A program made the position numbers and the translations under genes. A DNA stretch of 64,000 bases from Oikopleura dioica (taxonomy: Eukaryota; Animalia; Chordata), in assembly GCA_907165135.1 (NCBI GenBank), contig OU015568.1, positions 9,672,001 to 9,736,000 on the forward strand, written 5' to 3'. Each line of letters starts with the position of its first letter. Positions within the stretch are counted from its first letter, which is position 1. Positions 48,372 through 61,774 of the stretch are shown here, in pieces. Below the pieces are notes generated by a model. The model did not search any database and was not told the DNA's origin. It worked only from the letters and a program-made list of their open reading frames with translations.

Positions 48372-50755
48372 TCAGGACGGTGGGTGGTCGAGCTGCTCCT
48401 GGAAGCATTTCTGAAGTGCGTGGTGGATGTCGGCGTAAGACACGACGAGCACGTTTTCGTTGTCCCGCGAATTCATCACAAAACGCTCGCTGCTCGCCGA
48501 GTCCAGTTTGTTCAGACAGTTGATCACATGGAAAAGGTCCATGAAAGGAGTGCCGTTTGGGCCGACTTGGTGGAATAAATAGTTTCTTGGATTTCGTGTT
48601 AGAAAGTTCAAGAAACGTTAAGTGAAACCTGAAGAGTTTGAGCAAATAGCGATCGCCAGTTTCGTACTGGCCGTATTCTCCGCGGTCTGCTACTCCAAGC
48701 TTGCAAATCAGCCGGAAGAGTCGACCATTTTCGAGCGTATAACTATCAAAAATCATATAAAAGAACGAAGAATCATTTTACCTAAGCTGATTTTCAATCT
48801 CGTCTCCTCTCACAAGAGCGTCGTCTACCATCGTGTAGAAGCGAGCTCCGATGAGTGGCATCAAGTCGTTGATATTTCGTATCCTCCTGAATTATACAAT
48901 CTTGCAATCATCGAATAAAACGATGAGATAACCTGTTCATTGGCATTCCAGCGCCGCTAAGTACGAGTTGAGAGATCAAGGAGTGGAGATCTTTGGAGTA
49001 TTTCTTTGACACAAAGTCTAGTAATTTTCCTACAAAAATAACTATTTTAGAGAAGGGGGTCAAAATTACCGATTTGCTCATGATGCCCTTTGATCAGATT
49101 ATTTGACGTGAGAGACAAAATAACGTAGCCAAGGCTAGTTAGATCTCGTTGCTGATTCCTCGCTAGACTCTCTCCAGTTCCTTGGAGAAGATCGGTCACT
49201 GCTATTCCGGCTAGTTTCACTCGTTTTTTGCCAATAAAAATTATCTTCGATAGTTCCAGACATCGGTAGGCAAGTCCATGCGCGTGAATCGTTCTATTTT
49301 GAATCTTTCATAAAGCAGAAGAATAAAGGTTATCTTACCTAAGAGCAGAAGTAATTTGTATGATAAGGGACCAAATAACACTCTCTTTCAAGAGAGGTTT
49401 GTGCTTCGGGCCCATATGGTGCGATTGTCGGAAGAAAAGATCGAGTGCCGACTCTGCTGCTGGATGAAAATCGTAGATTAACACCAATGAGTTGTCTTGG
49501 AAAGCCTTAAAAGATCAATGCGAAATGGACGGAGGAAAGCGATTTACTTTCGTCGTGAAAACTTCATGAAGACGGACAATATTTGCGTGGCGAATACTCT
49601 TCCACTTATCTATCGTTTGTTGCCCGGACCTTGAAACACTTGTACAGGCTAAATAGAATATAAAAATGGAAGTTTTTATACTGAAAATACCGTGTATTCG
49701 TTTGAGGGTGTATTGCAGGCCGTCTCTATTATTCGCCCGGAATAATGATGTGACCATGGGATGAAGTGTAGATGATTTTTGCTCTTTTTTCAGTGGATAC
49801 AGCTATAAAAGAAATGTTGCATTTCGAATTGAGGGGAGTGCAGAATTACCTCGTGATAAGAATTTGTGAGGATACTTCCTTTTTCTGTCAGGTGATACGT
49901 ATTGACTTCTCGTGGCAGTCGCAGCTCCTCGCCACTGTCATGGAGACTAAGTTGGCAAAGGAACTGTTGGTTTAGGAGTCGCTCTCGGATGTCTTCATCC
50001 ATGAAGAAGGAGGGTCGTTGTGGCTGGGGAGGTGGGCGGACGTAGTTATAGTCGGCGCCGCTGTAATCATACATCATCGAGTTGTACAGCTGGCCGACGC
50101 CGTTTTGATTTTGAAGGGAGCGATTATTATGAGGATGTTGAAGTGGATGAGCATGGGGAGTTGGGTGATGCCCTGGGTGCTGGTGATGAGCATTGAACGC
50201 GGGTTGAAGAGGATGCCCGCCCGGCGCATGATGATGCAGATGTGCTGGAAGCAGGTTATTCTGCATCAAATTATTGTAGTTGTTCTCCATCACTATAAAA
50301 GGTTTATTAGCCTTGACATAAGACACTTGATGCTAACAGGGGTCGGGAACGCGCGGTAGTTGGCTCTGCATCGAGTAAGGATTTGCGGGGGCAGAAATGG
50401 GAGGACGGCTGAACGCTGTGGTGTCCAAATTTGAGGGGGAGAAACCAGGGCTTGATGATGAGTGGTTATTCTGGAGATTATACGGTGGAGGAGTTGGCTG
50501 CGGGATCATTTGGCCTCCAGGACCTAGACGATGGGAATTAAGAAGTAATTTTTTTCACAATTATGCTCACCGATTTTGCCACCAGGAAAACGTGTTCCCG
50601 GAAGAAATTCCATCTTCGGAAACTGATTCTGGTGCGACCCATTTAATCCTATTTATAACATTCGTGATCGGAATAAATAGCAAAAAATTAACCTCGGCTT
50701 TCGGATTGCAGATTGTAGCTCGGAGCATTTGACGGCTCCCCGTAATCGAAAGTCA
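48372..50755 (-). CDS. PAN3: PAN2-PAN3 deadenylase subunit PAN3 (pseudokinase)
   Basis: FFMDEDIRERLL, YTLKRIHG, WKSIRHANIVRLHEVFTT, ENGRLFRLICKLG, ETGDRYLLKLFR, LNKLD...SRDNENVLVVSYAD. Predicted ATG at 50755 after a ttattcag acceptor. Confidence 0.93.
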
Positions 50756-50995
50756 TCTGCTGAATAAATTTTGGTCTCCATTTATATAATAATGGATGGA
50801 TTAAAATTCTAAGGAAACTAACCAGAGCGTCGCTTATGCTCAAATTCACATTCCCATCTGTCAGAAGCTCACCGGGCTCGTAAGCCCGTTAGCCACACTT
50901 TGTCTAACTTCGTCTGAAATACGCAAATTTCAAGTTTCTTTTAAGAAAATAAACAAGCTATTCTTGATCAGATAAATGGCAGTTCCAAAGAAAAT

Positions 50996-51216
50996 TCAAG
51001 AAGATGGACGGGACTTCACGTCCCGGATGAGTTTGGCTACGGCCTGTGGATTTGCGCCAAGCTCGATGCAGTTGATAGCAGCGAGGAGAGTCTCTCGATC
51101 AAGACCTGTGTTGAGTAATTCACTAAAATTTCGTTGAAGGACGATTCGATTTTTTTTACAAGCAACCTTATTTGATAAATATCATCTTGCCATCGAAAAT
51201 CGGACATTTCAGGCAT
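50996..51216 (-). CDS. MZT1: Mitotic-spindle organizing protein 1 (MOZART1), 2 exons; absent from the ORF track
   Basis: Manual translation MPEMSDFRWQDDIYQIS|ELLNTGLDRETLLAAINCIELGANPQAVAKLIRDVKSRPSS* matches the MZT1 LNTGLD..L..C..G.NP motif. Confidence 0.9.
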
Positions 51217-51255
51217 TCTGAATACAAGAATTTAAAAATTTCGCCTTCATTCTAG

Positions 51256-52185
51256 TCAAACATCTTTCTGTTTCAGATGTTGCATAATGGCAGGGTAAAG
51301 GGCTTGCGCTCGCTTATTTACAGCCTTCATTTCTTCCTCTATATTTTCGGCTACTGAAAGGATTCCGGTCACTTGGTTCAGCTCAGGCATGATCGATGCG
51401 AATGTTCCCATTGTCGCCGCTAGAAATGGCTTTTTAATCAAGTCGAACAAAGAAGGGAAGATCTACTACAACGCAAAATGGACTTTTGAAAATAAAATAA
51501 TATTTATTTTTAGGCTAAAAATTTTAGCATCTGAAAATATCGAAACTGGGATTTTTTCAAAATTAAAAAGGACACAAATAATCTTTCAAAAAGATCTCTC
51601 TCTTCGAAATCCGAATGTGTGTGCCGTTACCTCCCACGACGAGGCCGTACATATCAAGGCCGGCATCAGCTGCGGCGAGTCCACACGCTGTGACAATGGC
51701 GGCCATTGTGGTCGTTTCCGCCAGCCCTTCGCAGATCACTTGAACTCGCATGTCAATCTGGCTCTTTGGGTAGCGTTTGAGCAGGATCACCGACTTGAGT
51801 GCTTCTTCGATGATTTGGGCCTGTTCTTTTTCGTCTTCCGTTGTTCTAGAGGGGACGCGTCGAGTTGTGCGAGACGCAAAGGCGCAAAATGACAGTTCTA
51901 TCTTCAACAGTCCGCTGAGCGAGAAATCCTCACGTTTAGCCAGATCTTTTGGGCCAATACAAGCAACCATAACTAGAAACCAACCGTAGTCAGACTTTTT
52001 TCTCCTTATCAACCTTTAGCGCCGTTGTATTCAACATACGAGCTTCCATTAGCATTTTTAATGACCGAAGAATTCAACAAAATCTCATCCTCTCCCTCTT
52101 CGCTTTTCTTCACTCCCTTGTCTTTCATGTACAATTTGTACGAAACAGAATCCTCCGGGAAGGGCAGTCTCCTCTGATCTGGCAT
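51256..52185 (-). CDS. EXOSC6: Exosome complex component MTR3 (RNase PH fold)
   Basis: MPDQRRLPFPEDS, KNANGSSYVE, ACIGPK, FCAFAS, VILLKRYPKSQIDMRVQVI, CGLAAADAGLDMYGLV. Confidence 0.88.
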
Positions 52186-52425
52186 GCTCTTTATTATCCC
52201 CTGAAATGATTCATGATTTACTCGCGAATTGATTTTTACAGACAAGGGTTTTAATTTTAATGCAAAATTAACAATTTTTCTAACAGATGATGGTTTTTAA
52301 CTCTTTTGGAAAGAAGGGAAATAAACTGAATGTTTTGTCAGAAATGTCAAAGATGCGTGTTTCTTTCAGTTTTTGAAAAATTACTATCTGGCGGTGAAAA
52401 TAGTCGTGATCAAGCCTAATCGGTG

Positions 52426-53845
52426 CTATGCTTGCTTTTCCTCATCAAGCCCGTCGAGAATATTACTGAACGCTTCGATGATGCGGCGATTGTTCTTCAA
52501 GTCTTTCTTCTGGTGCTTGAACTGAAAAGGATGATGAGTTTTTGAGCGATAGATCAGATTTTTTTACCACAGCGAGTTGTTCATTCTTCGCGTGCATCAG
52601 CGTTTTTGTCAGGACAGTTCTGATGGTTGTTTTTAAATTTTTTCATAAAAAACTTTACGATTCTGTTTAACAGACTCTGTTATTTCAAACATTTAAAACC
52701 GCCCCTGTATTTCTGCTCGTCCATTACTCGATCCGTAAAGGCTCCGACTAATTTCCCCGCGCGATTTACCAGTTGATACATGAGCTCCAGACTTCCCCAC
52801 TCATTGATGTAGTCTAAAAATACCGTCAAACTCGTCTACTGGTTAATTATTACCCATTGTGGATTCATCTTGCACTTCATTTGGCAGCGCAGCTAGCTTT
52901 TGTCTTTCAGCAATATCTTCACAATAAATATAAGTTGAGGGAATAAAAACCAATTTTTAAATTTGCCTGAGCTTGCTGCGTCTTCCGCTAGCTGAATAAT
53001 GTCTTGCTCCAGCTTTGATAAGTCGATTTTTGTCTCTGGTGGCGGACCAAGCTCAATCCTTCGCTTTTTCTTCTTCGATTTCTTCGCTTTCTTCTCTTCC
53101 TTCTTTCGCTTTCTCTTCGCCTCGCGATGTTTGTTTCGATTCACGGTGCTAGATGCCTCGTCCAGCGATTCCGACAACTTTTTCGCAGTTTCGTTCATTT
53201 CCGTGTTCACATTGTAGCTCTCTTCGAGGATGCTTGCATCTTCTATCTGTGGCTTTCCTTTTTGCTCCTAAAAATCCACATTCTAGCTGGCAAGCCAAAA
53301 AAGCGCTCAAAAATTACCTCAATACAGTTCTCTAACTGGCGCCGCTGTTCCGCAAAGAGCACTCCTCGCAGACCTTTTACATATTCTTCAGTGAAAACAG
53401 TTCGATTCTCCCAAACAGCAAGAACATTCATCAACGATTTCAAAAGTCGCTAAAGTTGATTAATTGAAAATTTCCGTTTTCGAAAAAGCGAGGCTACCTG
53501 GTCACAAATTCCAAAAGAAGCAAAAGCGCCGGGCAAATGCGGAAGGAAAAATTCTCGAAAGGGTGCCTTTCGTTTTAGTCCGTTTTGAAGCAGGTCATTC
53601 GCCAAGTAGACCAGAGACTTTTTCTTTGAGTTGTTGTCGGTCGTCAGTAAAATACGGAGCTGAAAAAAATGGAAAGTTCAATTGATGAGAAGAAAATTTA
53701 CCCATGATTTGACAATGACATCGCCATGCTCGTGATTTTTAATCAGCCAGCGAGAAATGCTCTGCACGGACTCCTGAGTTTTGTTCAGTTCATTCTTGAG
53801 TTTGTTGTCGAGGACATCGACACTGAAGGGCTCGCTTATACCCAT
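52426..53845 (-). CDS. RNA polymerase II CTD-interacting (CID) protein, RPRD1/RPRD2-like
   Basis: KLKNELNKTQESVQSISRWLIKN, SLVYLANDLLQN and NVLAVWENRTVF are CID motifs; K-rich linker and a C-terminal coiled coil. Confidence 0.85.
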
Positions 53846-54338
53846 CCCGAGCCTTTTCTTGTCCGAATTTATTCTGAAATTAAAGAAAATTTTAGTGTTA
53901 AATTTTATTGATTCATTTTTGTTTCAGAGTATCAAAATTCTTATAGATTCAATCACATTTCTTCATTCAAATACAATAGTAGATAAAAAAGACATTTCTA
54001 AACTATCACATTCTGCCTTCACGATCATACCCCGACGCTTCTGTTATTTCATTTTCCTTGGTTAATCTTAAAAGAAACATTATTTCGAGCATGAATATTT
54101 TGAAGTTCAAAATTTGAATGAAAAGCGCGAGTCACAGCGGGAGACCTGTAAGCGGCAAGTTCACTTGCGTTATCAAAGGTGTTATCCGAATCTATTTTTG
54201 CTGATCGTGGTTCTTGTGTCGTCAGTTGCCACTCGTCAAGGGTGCTAACGCGCCAATGTACTTATAAACTGCACAAAAAGAGAAACTACGCAAGGTCAAA
54301 ACAAAATTTAAATGCAAGAATAAAAAGAAAAGAAAAAA

Positions 54339-55578
54339 ATGGACATTCGAGTTTCTGAAACAGTCGTGGTTCGTCAAACAGATACGCAACAAATTGCTCC
54401 TCCGCCACCACCTCCTCCTAGTTCCCAAATATCTCTTCCTCCACCACCCCCTCCGCCGGCAAATTTGCCTCTTCCTCCAGCTACATTCAGTGAAGTTACA
54501 TTAGAGAATTCCGTGGAAGATGCTGCTATTGATATTTCGTTGTTACTAAAGGTACGGTACATCATTTTACAATATTTTTTCAATAGGTTTTTAGAAAAGA
54601 TTTGCCGATTGTGGTGAGCCAAATGAATTCCACGCCGCTGCTCGCGCTGGCGACACAAGAAGAATGGATAACATCGCTGCAAGGGAGCCCTCCCTAATCA
54701 ACAAAAAAGACAGCTTCGGACGCAGTGCACTGTGGATCGTCGCTAGTGTTGAGCTTGAATGGACTGAAAGAACGCTCCTGCACCTCGTGAAAATGAAAAA
54801 TATAGATTTAGACGCACCAGATGTCCGTGGACAAACTCCAGTCTTTGCAGCTGCGAAATATTGCCACACAAGGTCGCTTGAGATCCTGCTAGAACACGGA
54901 GCTGATCCGAATGGATCTGCTGACTCGGCAGAGAGCCCCTTGCATGTTTCAGTGAGGGACGGAATGCCAAAAGTAGCATCATTACTATTAAAGTACGGAG
55001 CATCGCCCGATGGAGAAAGACCAGGGCTTGAGCATCGCGTTAACTTTGGAACTATTCCTGTAAGTGGTATATTTTCATGACAGCTGAATGATCATCTGCT
55101 TTAGATATATACTGCGATAGTGTACGACCAATTTGAAATTTTCATCGAGCTACTAAGATACGGCGCAAACCCTGATTTGCTGATGATTCAACCTGGCTTT
55201 ACGAATTCAATGTTGGAAGGTCTCCTGAAGCATGGATCAGAAGTAAAATGGCTGAAGGCACTTTTTATTGCCGGAATGAGTCCCTATCAAAATGTTCCTG
55301 ATAGACCATTCTACGGGTCGATGCATAAACATGCCTTGCTAGATGAAATTGCGAGCTCTAAACTTCAAGTTCGTTCGTTAAGAGCTCAAGCGCGAAAGGT
55401 ACATTTTCAGTTCACTATTCTTAACTTCATTTTTTATCAGGTAATTCGACAGCACCTCCCTTCAAAACTCCTACCATCCATTCCACTCCATATTTCTCAT
55501 CGACTTCGCTGGTATCTTCAACTACCTGAACTCGAGAAGCTGGCAAAGTCAGCCCCTGCAACTCCGCTTGAAGGATAA
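54339..55578 (+). CDS. Ankyrin repeat and SOCS box (ASB) protein with N-terminal polyproline
   Basis: GRSALWIVA, GQTPVFAAAKYCH, ESPLHVSVRDG ankyrin repeats; SOCS box VRSLRAQARKVIRQHL...LRWYLQL. Confidence 0.9.
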
Positions 55579-55737
55579 ATACTAACCTTATAATTCTTTA
55601 TCGTAAGCGACACAGCGAAAGCTCAAATTCATGCCAGTCATTATATATTTTTATGAACACATACTGTGAATATTCCATTTCAGACCGACTCGATATCTAA
55701 AAATATAATGATAAAAACTAAATGTCGTGTTGAACTT

Positions 55738-57886
55738 TTATTGAACAGAACAGCCTCTCGGTGAGAACTTGAGTGAAATGAATAAAGTGAAGAAGTGATA
55801 AGAAAGTTACATTTGGCGACAACCTCGGTCACCCTCTTCTTCGTCGTCGTCAGTATCTTCATCACTGTCGGAACTGTCATCGGCAGCTCGCTCTCGTCTC
55901 GCCTAAAAATAACTGTCAAAGATTTTTCTTTTTGGTTGAGTACAACCATGTATTCGAGAAGACGCAGTCGATCAAGAAAAGAAAATCGGGCGCGGCGACT
56001 TGCGCGGCCTGAATTGATGTTTTCTGTCATTTGATCTTTCGTTTCAGATACCCGATCCTCGTCTTTAAAGTTTAACGGATTAAATCGTATAAATAATCTT
56101 GAATCTACCTTCAAGGAACACGTCATCGGAAGGAGTCCACAGCTTCACTTCCGAATCAAGACCGGATGTGGCAAGCATTGGGATCGATTTCGCTGGCTCT
56201 AGGACATTAACTACTCCTGGTGAGAGTTCCGTTCCATCCGCAAATTGAGAATTGACCAGTGCGCCCGTCTAGTTACAATTTAAACTCGGCTGAAAACGAG
56301 AGGGCACCTTTGAGTCCCAAATGTAAAAGCGGCCACAATCAGAGCCAGAAATGACGTATTCACAGTTCTTGCCATAGAAGTTAACCCCTTTAATTGTCTG
56401 CTCATTCTGATGTCCGGTAAAAGTATTGATCACTTTTTTCTCATTGATGTTCATCAGATGAATCTCGCCGTTTTGGTAGCTCAACAAGAGCTCTGTACCA
56501 GTGTGATTATATCGAAGGCAAGTGATTGAATGAGCGTTGTTTTCTGAACTGCCGAGCGTCATTTCAGACGTCAGATATCGGCGGTCAAAGATTTTGGCGT
56601 GTGCGAAGTCGCCACAAACGGCGAATTCGTATCCGTTTGGCTGGCAGTCGATCGCGTACATAACTTTATCATCTGAGCTTGATAATAAATAATGGTCAGG
56701 CTTGAATATCTAACCTAGACGAATAATAGGATTTTTGGGCGGTTCTCGGTGATCTATCTGATAAATTCGGCCATCTTCTCCCGCTGATAGGATGACACTG
56801 GTTCCATGGACAAACGCCAACTTATGCGCAGAAAGACGATGCTTCACAAGTAGTTTTGTTGGCTCTTCCTCGGACAGGCGAACTGGGCATCCACCGTTAT
56901 CCAGCTCTGTAAGTCGAACTGCTCCATCTCGCGAGCAGCTCACGATCTTTCTATTAGTTTGGTAGGGAATGAACTTTGACTTTTCGAGGCTCAATCATTA
57001 TTTTTACTGAAAAGCTTCTTTCTTTGATTGAGCCGCCTTCCTGGAAGATATTGCTTTGATGACCTGTGTAGAATCTGAACTGCGGTTTCTTTTCTTTCCC
57101 CATCGCTTTGTATAAGTTAATACACTTGTCGTCTGAACCGGAGACGATAAACTGATCATCACCAGACCAACCAAGCGCATTCACACAGCCAGTATGTCCA
57201 GTTAGTTCCGTCATGCAGGTATCGGAGAATTTATAAGCCGCATCGAGGTAAACTCTGTTTTGAAAAGACCCGGTTCGTGGGCGTTTTGCGCAACGAGAAC
57301 GAAGGGCGCTCGGAAGAGTGAACAATTTCTTCAAGGGTGATTCTTCAGGAAAAGACTTTTTTATTGCTTCTTCGGCCTTCTTTAAATCAGGATTAGAAAC
57401 AGTATATTCTCGTATTTATCACCGCTTAGAAATTTTCAATTTGTTTGAAATTCATACATATCTCATCGGAAAAGTCTCAAGTTTTCGCATCCACTCCTTT
57501 TTCAGTTCCGCTTCTCGGACATTGATCCGTTCTGGCACTTCTCGTTCTTCGTCGTGCCGTCTTATTCTCCTCGCCAAAGCTGCAGGCATGATGTCGTCTA
57601 AAGAAATATCCCCTTCGACGTATTCGTCGGAAGAGCTGTTTTGAAGACTGGAATCATCGCTTTCGCTGTCGCTGTTTTCGGGCTCATTGTTTTGCCCAGC
57701 CTCCATCATTTCTTGCTGCAGCGGTTGCTCGGGAAGACCTGCGGAATCCAAAAGCTCGTTAGCGGATTGTATCATTTGCTGAATGTCCACCCGAGCCTCT
57801 CTTTCCTCTCTTACTGTCATAAATTCTCGAGTTTCTTCTTCAGCTTCGTTCGAGCTTGAATCCGACATGTTCTGATGATGCATCAA
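55738..57886 (-). CDS. DCAF8: DDB1- and CUL4-associated factor 8-like WD40 protein
   Basis: Acidic N-terminus, ELTGHTGCVNALGW...SGSDD, GHQSNIFQ, IVSCSRDGAVR, FTGHQNEQTIKGVNFYG...SGSDCG. Confidence 0.88.
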
Positions 57887-58514
57887 TATTTAGTTTAAAT
57901 TTATATTTACATTCGTAATTCAGAATAATTGAAAGAAATAATAGAATTAATAGGGAAAGTCTATCTTGGGAAGAGCAGGAAAAGGTGACAGTTTTTTGAG
58001 CGAGGTAGACAGCGGAATTCAACACGGTTCTACCTATCTTTTTTCTTGAGTTTAGGACTCTGTAAATTCAAAATTGATGATGAATGATTTAGTAACTGCG
58101 TGTCTTTGAGAAAAGGTCTTACATGTTGGTTGGTTCGGAGGTGGATCTTTGTGATGCAGCGGGTGGAAAAATGACTTGATGAAAAGCAATAAAGAAACGA
58201 AAAAGCGAAAGAAATGAATGCAAATGAAATAAAAGCTGTGATAACTGAAAAATGCAATTGCAAAAACTAATTGTTTTCATTGAAATAGAGGCACGGTTAT
58301 TCGAATGAGTTGGCGTACTTTTCATTTATCGTCTTATTTAGAGTCATAAAGCCAAAAAAGCGTATATATATAAATTGCTTGGTATGTCTTGCAGTCAGTA
58401 ATAAAGCTTCATGTTTCATTGTGATAGGTCAATAATAGTAATATCGTGATGATAAGATGTTATACAGTAGGAAAGAATTTTAGTTTTTTTTTTCAAGTTG
58501 ACTCTCTTCACTTT

Positions 58515-59252
58515 TCAAAGTATTATACAGCAGGAGTTGTTTGGCTTGCCCTTGTTTTTTCCCATTATGTTCATTTGCTCGACGGCCTGTTGGAATAATT
58601 CGTCTACGTTGATTTTAGCTTTTGCCGAGGCTTCGTAAAACGAGCAGCCCCACTCTTTCGCCAGTCCAAGTCCGTCGCTACAAGTTTTTTTATACAATCA
58701 GGACGGATTTTGTCGGTCTTACTTTCTCTGAACCTCCCGGTCACGCTCGAGGTCGACTTTGTTTCCCACGAGGACGATAGGCACTCTTTCTGTTCCCTTC
58801 ACACGGCAAATTTGATTTCTCATTGATTTTATATCCAAAAAGCTTTGCATCGACGTTATCGAATAAACCAGAACGAAACCTAAACAGTTCAATTTGAGAA
58901 TCTGTTCTCATCAACTAAGTTCAAAGCTACCTTGGCCATTGCGTATGTAAAGATCTCTCATTGATGCGAATTGCTCGGTTCCAGCTGTGTCGAGAATTTC
59001 TAGCGTTGCTGGTTCTCGATTGACTTCGATTTCTTTTCTGTAAAAATCTGAAGAATACAATGATGAGTTTCAATGATAAAATTTATACGGTGTTACGCTA
59101 GAATTTATGCTTATTATGCAAATTATGCGCTTACCTTCGACGGTCGGATCATATCTTTCCGCAAATTGACCGGTAACAAATTTGACAGTGAGCGCGGATT
59201 TTCCAACGCCGCCGGATCCCAGCATCACAACTTTGTACTCTCGGTTCTGCAT
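58515..59252 (-). CDS. RAP2: Rap2-like small GTPase
   Basis: [65 protein letters not shown], CaaX-type end CCIIL. Confidence 0.93.
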
Positions 59253-59681
59253 TTTTTTCTTGTGTATTTATCTTTTACGATCGTACGCTTCAAATGTGTG
59301 TCTTCTCTTCTTCTGATTCTTTGTTATTTTCCGTTGCTTATTTCTCGAAATCGACAATCATTCAACTACCCTCAATCTCTTCAGATATTTTGAAGGTAGT
59401 CTCGTTTTTTTCTGAAAAAGAAAATCGATCAGGATGGATTGAAAAGCAGAAAGTATTTGATTTGAAATTAATCATAACATGCGTGTCGTTACAGGAGCGT
59501 ATTATTTGGCTTGAATACATTTGAACTTGAAAAGAAAACGAAGAAAATGAAGGAAAGTTTGAATTTTTTCTCTTTCGCGATCTCTCAAATGCGTGAATAT
59601 TTATGATCCGTAATGTCGTAGTACTGAAAAGGCGGCTACGAAACTAAAAAAACGCGAGGCTCGTTAATCCTTTTGTTCGCG

Positions 59682-61661
59682 TCAAAAATGCGCCCATCGA
59701 GATAAAACAAACGCTGAATACAAATTTGAAATTAGAAATTCCTGACTCAGGATTCCCCTACTTCCCCTTTTCAGGAGAAAATTGAGCTTTTCAGGAAATT
59801 CTGAAATGCTGAAAAGCAGCATTTTTTGAAAACAAAAAAATATTTGCTCGTTTTTGTAATTTCCAAATTTGAGATTGAAAAGAAAGTAGCCAATTTCCTT
59901 GTGTTGCTCTTTGAAGCAGCGTTGGCAAAAGACGTCCTCTTCGCAGCCGTGACAACGCAAACTCCCGTCGTCGTTGCAAATACAGCACTGAATAATTTTA
60001 ATTGTAAAGAGACTTTTATCAAAAACAGCAGCGCGAGTCGTTTATTCTTTTCAAAGAAAGTGTGCTACTAAAATTATCGACAGAATACGGGTGTATTCGT
60101 TTTTTATTGCTTGACATTTATAAACATATTAATCAACAACGGTTAATGAAAGAAAGCTTGAATGAACAAGAACTATCAAAAATAAAATTCAGAAAATATG
60201 TGAACTTTTTTTTCACCCATTCTTAATTTATCCAAAAAATCATCATTCAGTTTGAATGAGTTTCAGGTCCTAAAATTCCTCTGATTTGAATTCTGACTTG
60301 GCAATAATCAATCTCTCCCGGAACAATGGTCGATAGTCAAGCTGCTAAAAAGCTATAAACTCGTCACTCACCCACTTGTCCATTTCTTCCTGCTCCTTCC
60401 TCTTTTCCTCTTCTGCTTTAATTTGCCAGCTCCATTTATGATCAATTGGAACCGTCTTCGCATCCTTCCTTAGCGCGGCGAGACGCTGCTCGATCTTAGC
60501 CACATTATTAAAAATTGAAAAATGAACTGAGCGCCGGGGCCAATAAGCTCCAATCTCGCCAAGGGCGGCACATTTGAAAATTACTTTTTAGGCGCGCACG
60601 TCAAAACACAATTATTTATTCAAAAATCACTCCTTCTACTTCTCTTACACTCGTAGTCAAAAAAACTAAGATAAAATACAAATTTTAAGGAAATAATTAC
60701 TAAAATTATTTCAAAAAGCTTCGTTTATCTCTTATTCAAATTCATGAATTTTCAAGAAAGTGTCGAATTCTCTCCCTCTCTCTTTTTTTATGTGTTCGTT
60801 TTATGAATCATTTGGTCTATAGAAGGTAGACGGGATGAATGTGTGTGTCGCATTTAAATTCTAATCCGTGAGTATTATTATTCACCTGTTTGTCCCGCTC
60901 GGATAAGCCCACGGTAAACTCGTTATTGGTGTCACTTTCCTCGACTTTAATCTCATCGACTGTTCGTTGGATAATGTTGGAGACGGCGGTTTCCTCATCC
61001 ATTTCGTCGTCCGCGATGCTCATTACGCGAACGATCGGTTTCGACGGCTCTTTTTCGGTTTTACAATCAGAATTTTGAAGAAAAAACGATAAAACGGAAA
61101 ACAAATTGTCAACTATTTTTAAATTATTTAGTCGCAAGCGGCTTCTCAACAAGAACGACGGTCTTTGTTAGTACGGACAGTGCCTAACCGAACTTGGTAA
61201 AGGTTTCTCCTCTCAATTCGCGCAGTCTTTGCTCAATCATTTCGTCCTCCTTCTTTCCTTTTCGGTATTCCTCCGTTTCTTCCAATCCCGGTGGAGGAAG
61301 ACTGTTTAGCTTCGAGCTTATCTCCATCATATTATCATATGGCGTCTGTGAGGAACGGCCGTAGAGGTTCTTTGGCGGTTCGGTGGGCTGGGAAGGGACT
61401 GTCCCAGGAATCCGACAGTGAAGGCAGACTTTTTTCTTTGTGCATTTTGCGCAAACTGCTCTTTTACTGTTTTATAGGTTCAACAAAACGCTGATTTTTT
61501 GTTCAGGAGAAGAAATGCTCGCGAACCTTTTCCGGGTGAAATCTCATAATGAAAAAATTGCAAATAAAAGATGATTCACCCATTGCCTAACATTGACTAC
61601 AATCAATCGATCCTCGGAAGAACCCGAATTTTTCGAAGCAAATGCTGCACTGCGAAGACAT
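59682..61661 (-). CDS. ZFYVE19: Abscission/NoCut checkpoint regulator-like (FYVE-like finger plus C-terminal B-box-like Zn finger)
   Basis: N-terminal [25 protein letters not shown]; C-terminal [29 protein letters not shown]. The 3' end is uncertain. Confidence 0.8.
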
Positions 61662-61774
61662 CCCTTTTTCTTTTTCCTAGGCGGAGAAACAATTAGATGA
61701 ATTGAAATTAGTTTTATGAATTCGAAATTGCAATTTTTGAACAGAAAGAGAACATAAGTGTTAAAAAAGAAAGG

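Noticed and set aside
48622-48918. 98-aa plus-strand ORF with a hydrophobic start
   Set aside because: It is antisense to conserved PAN3 exons and starts at GTG.
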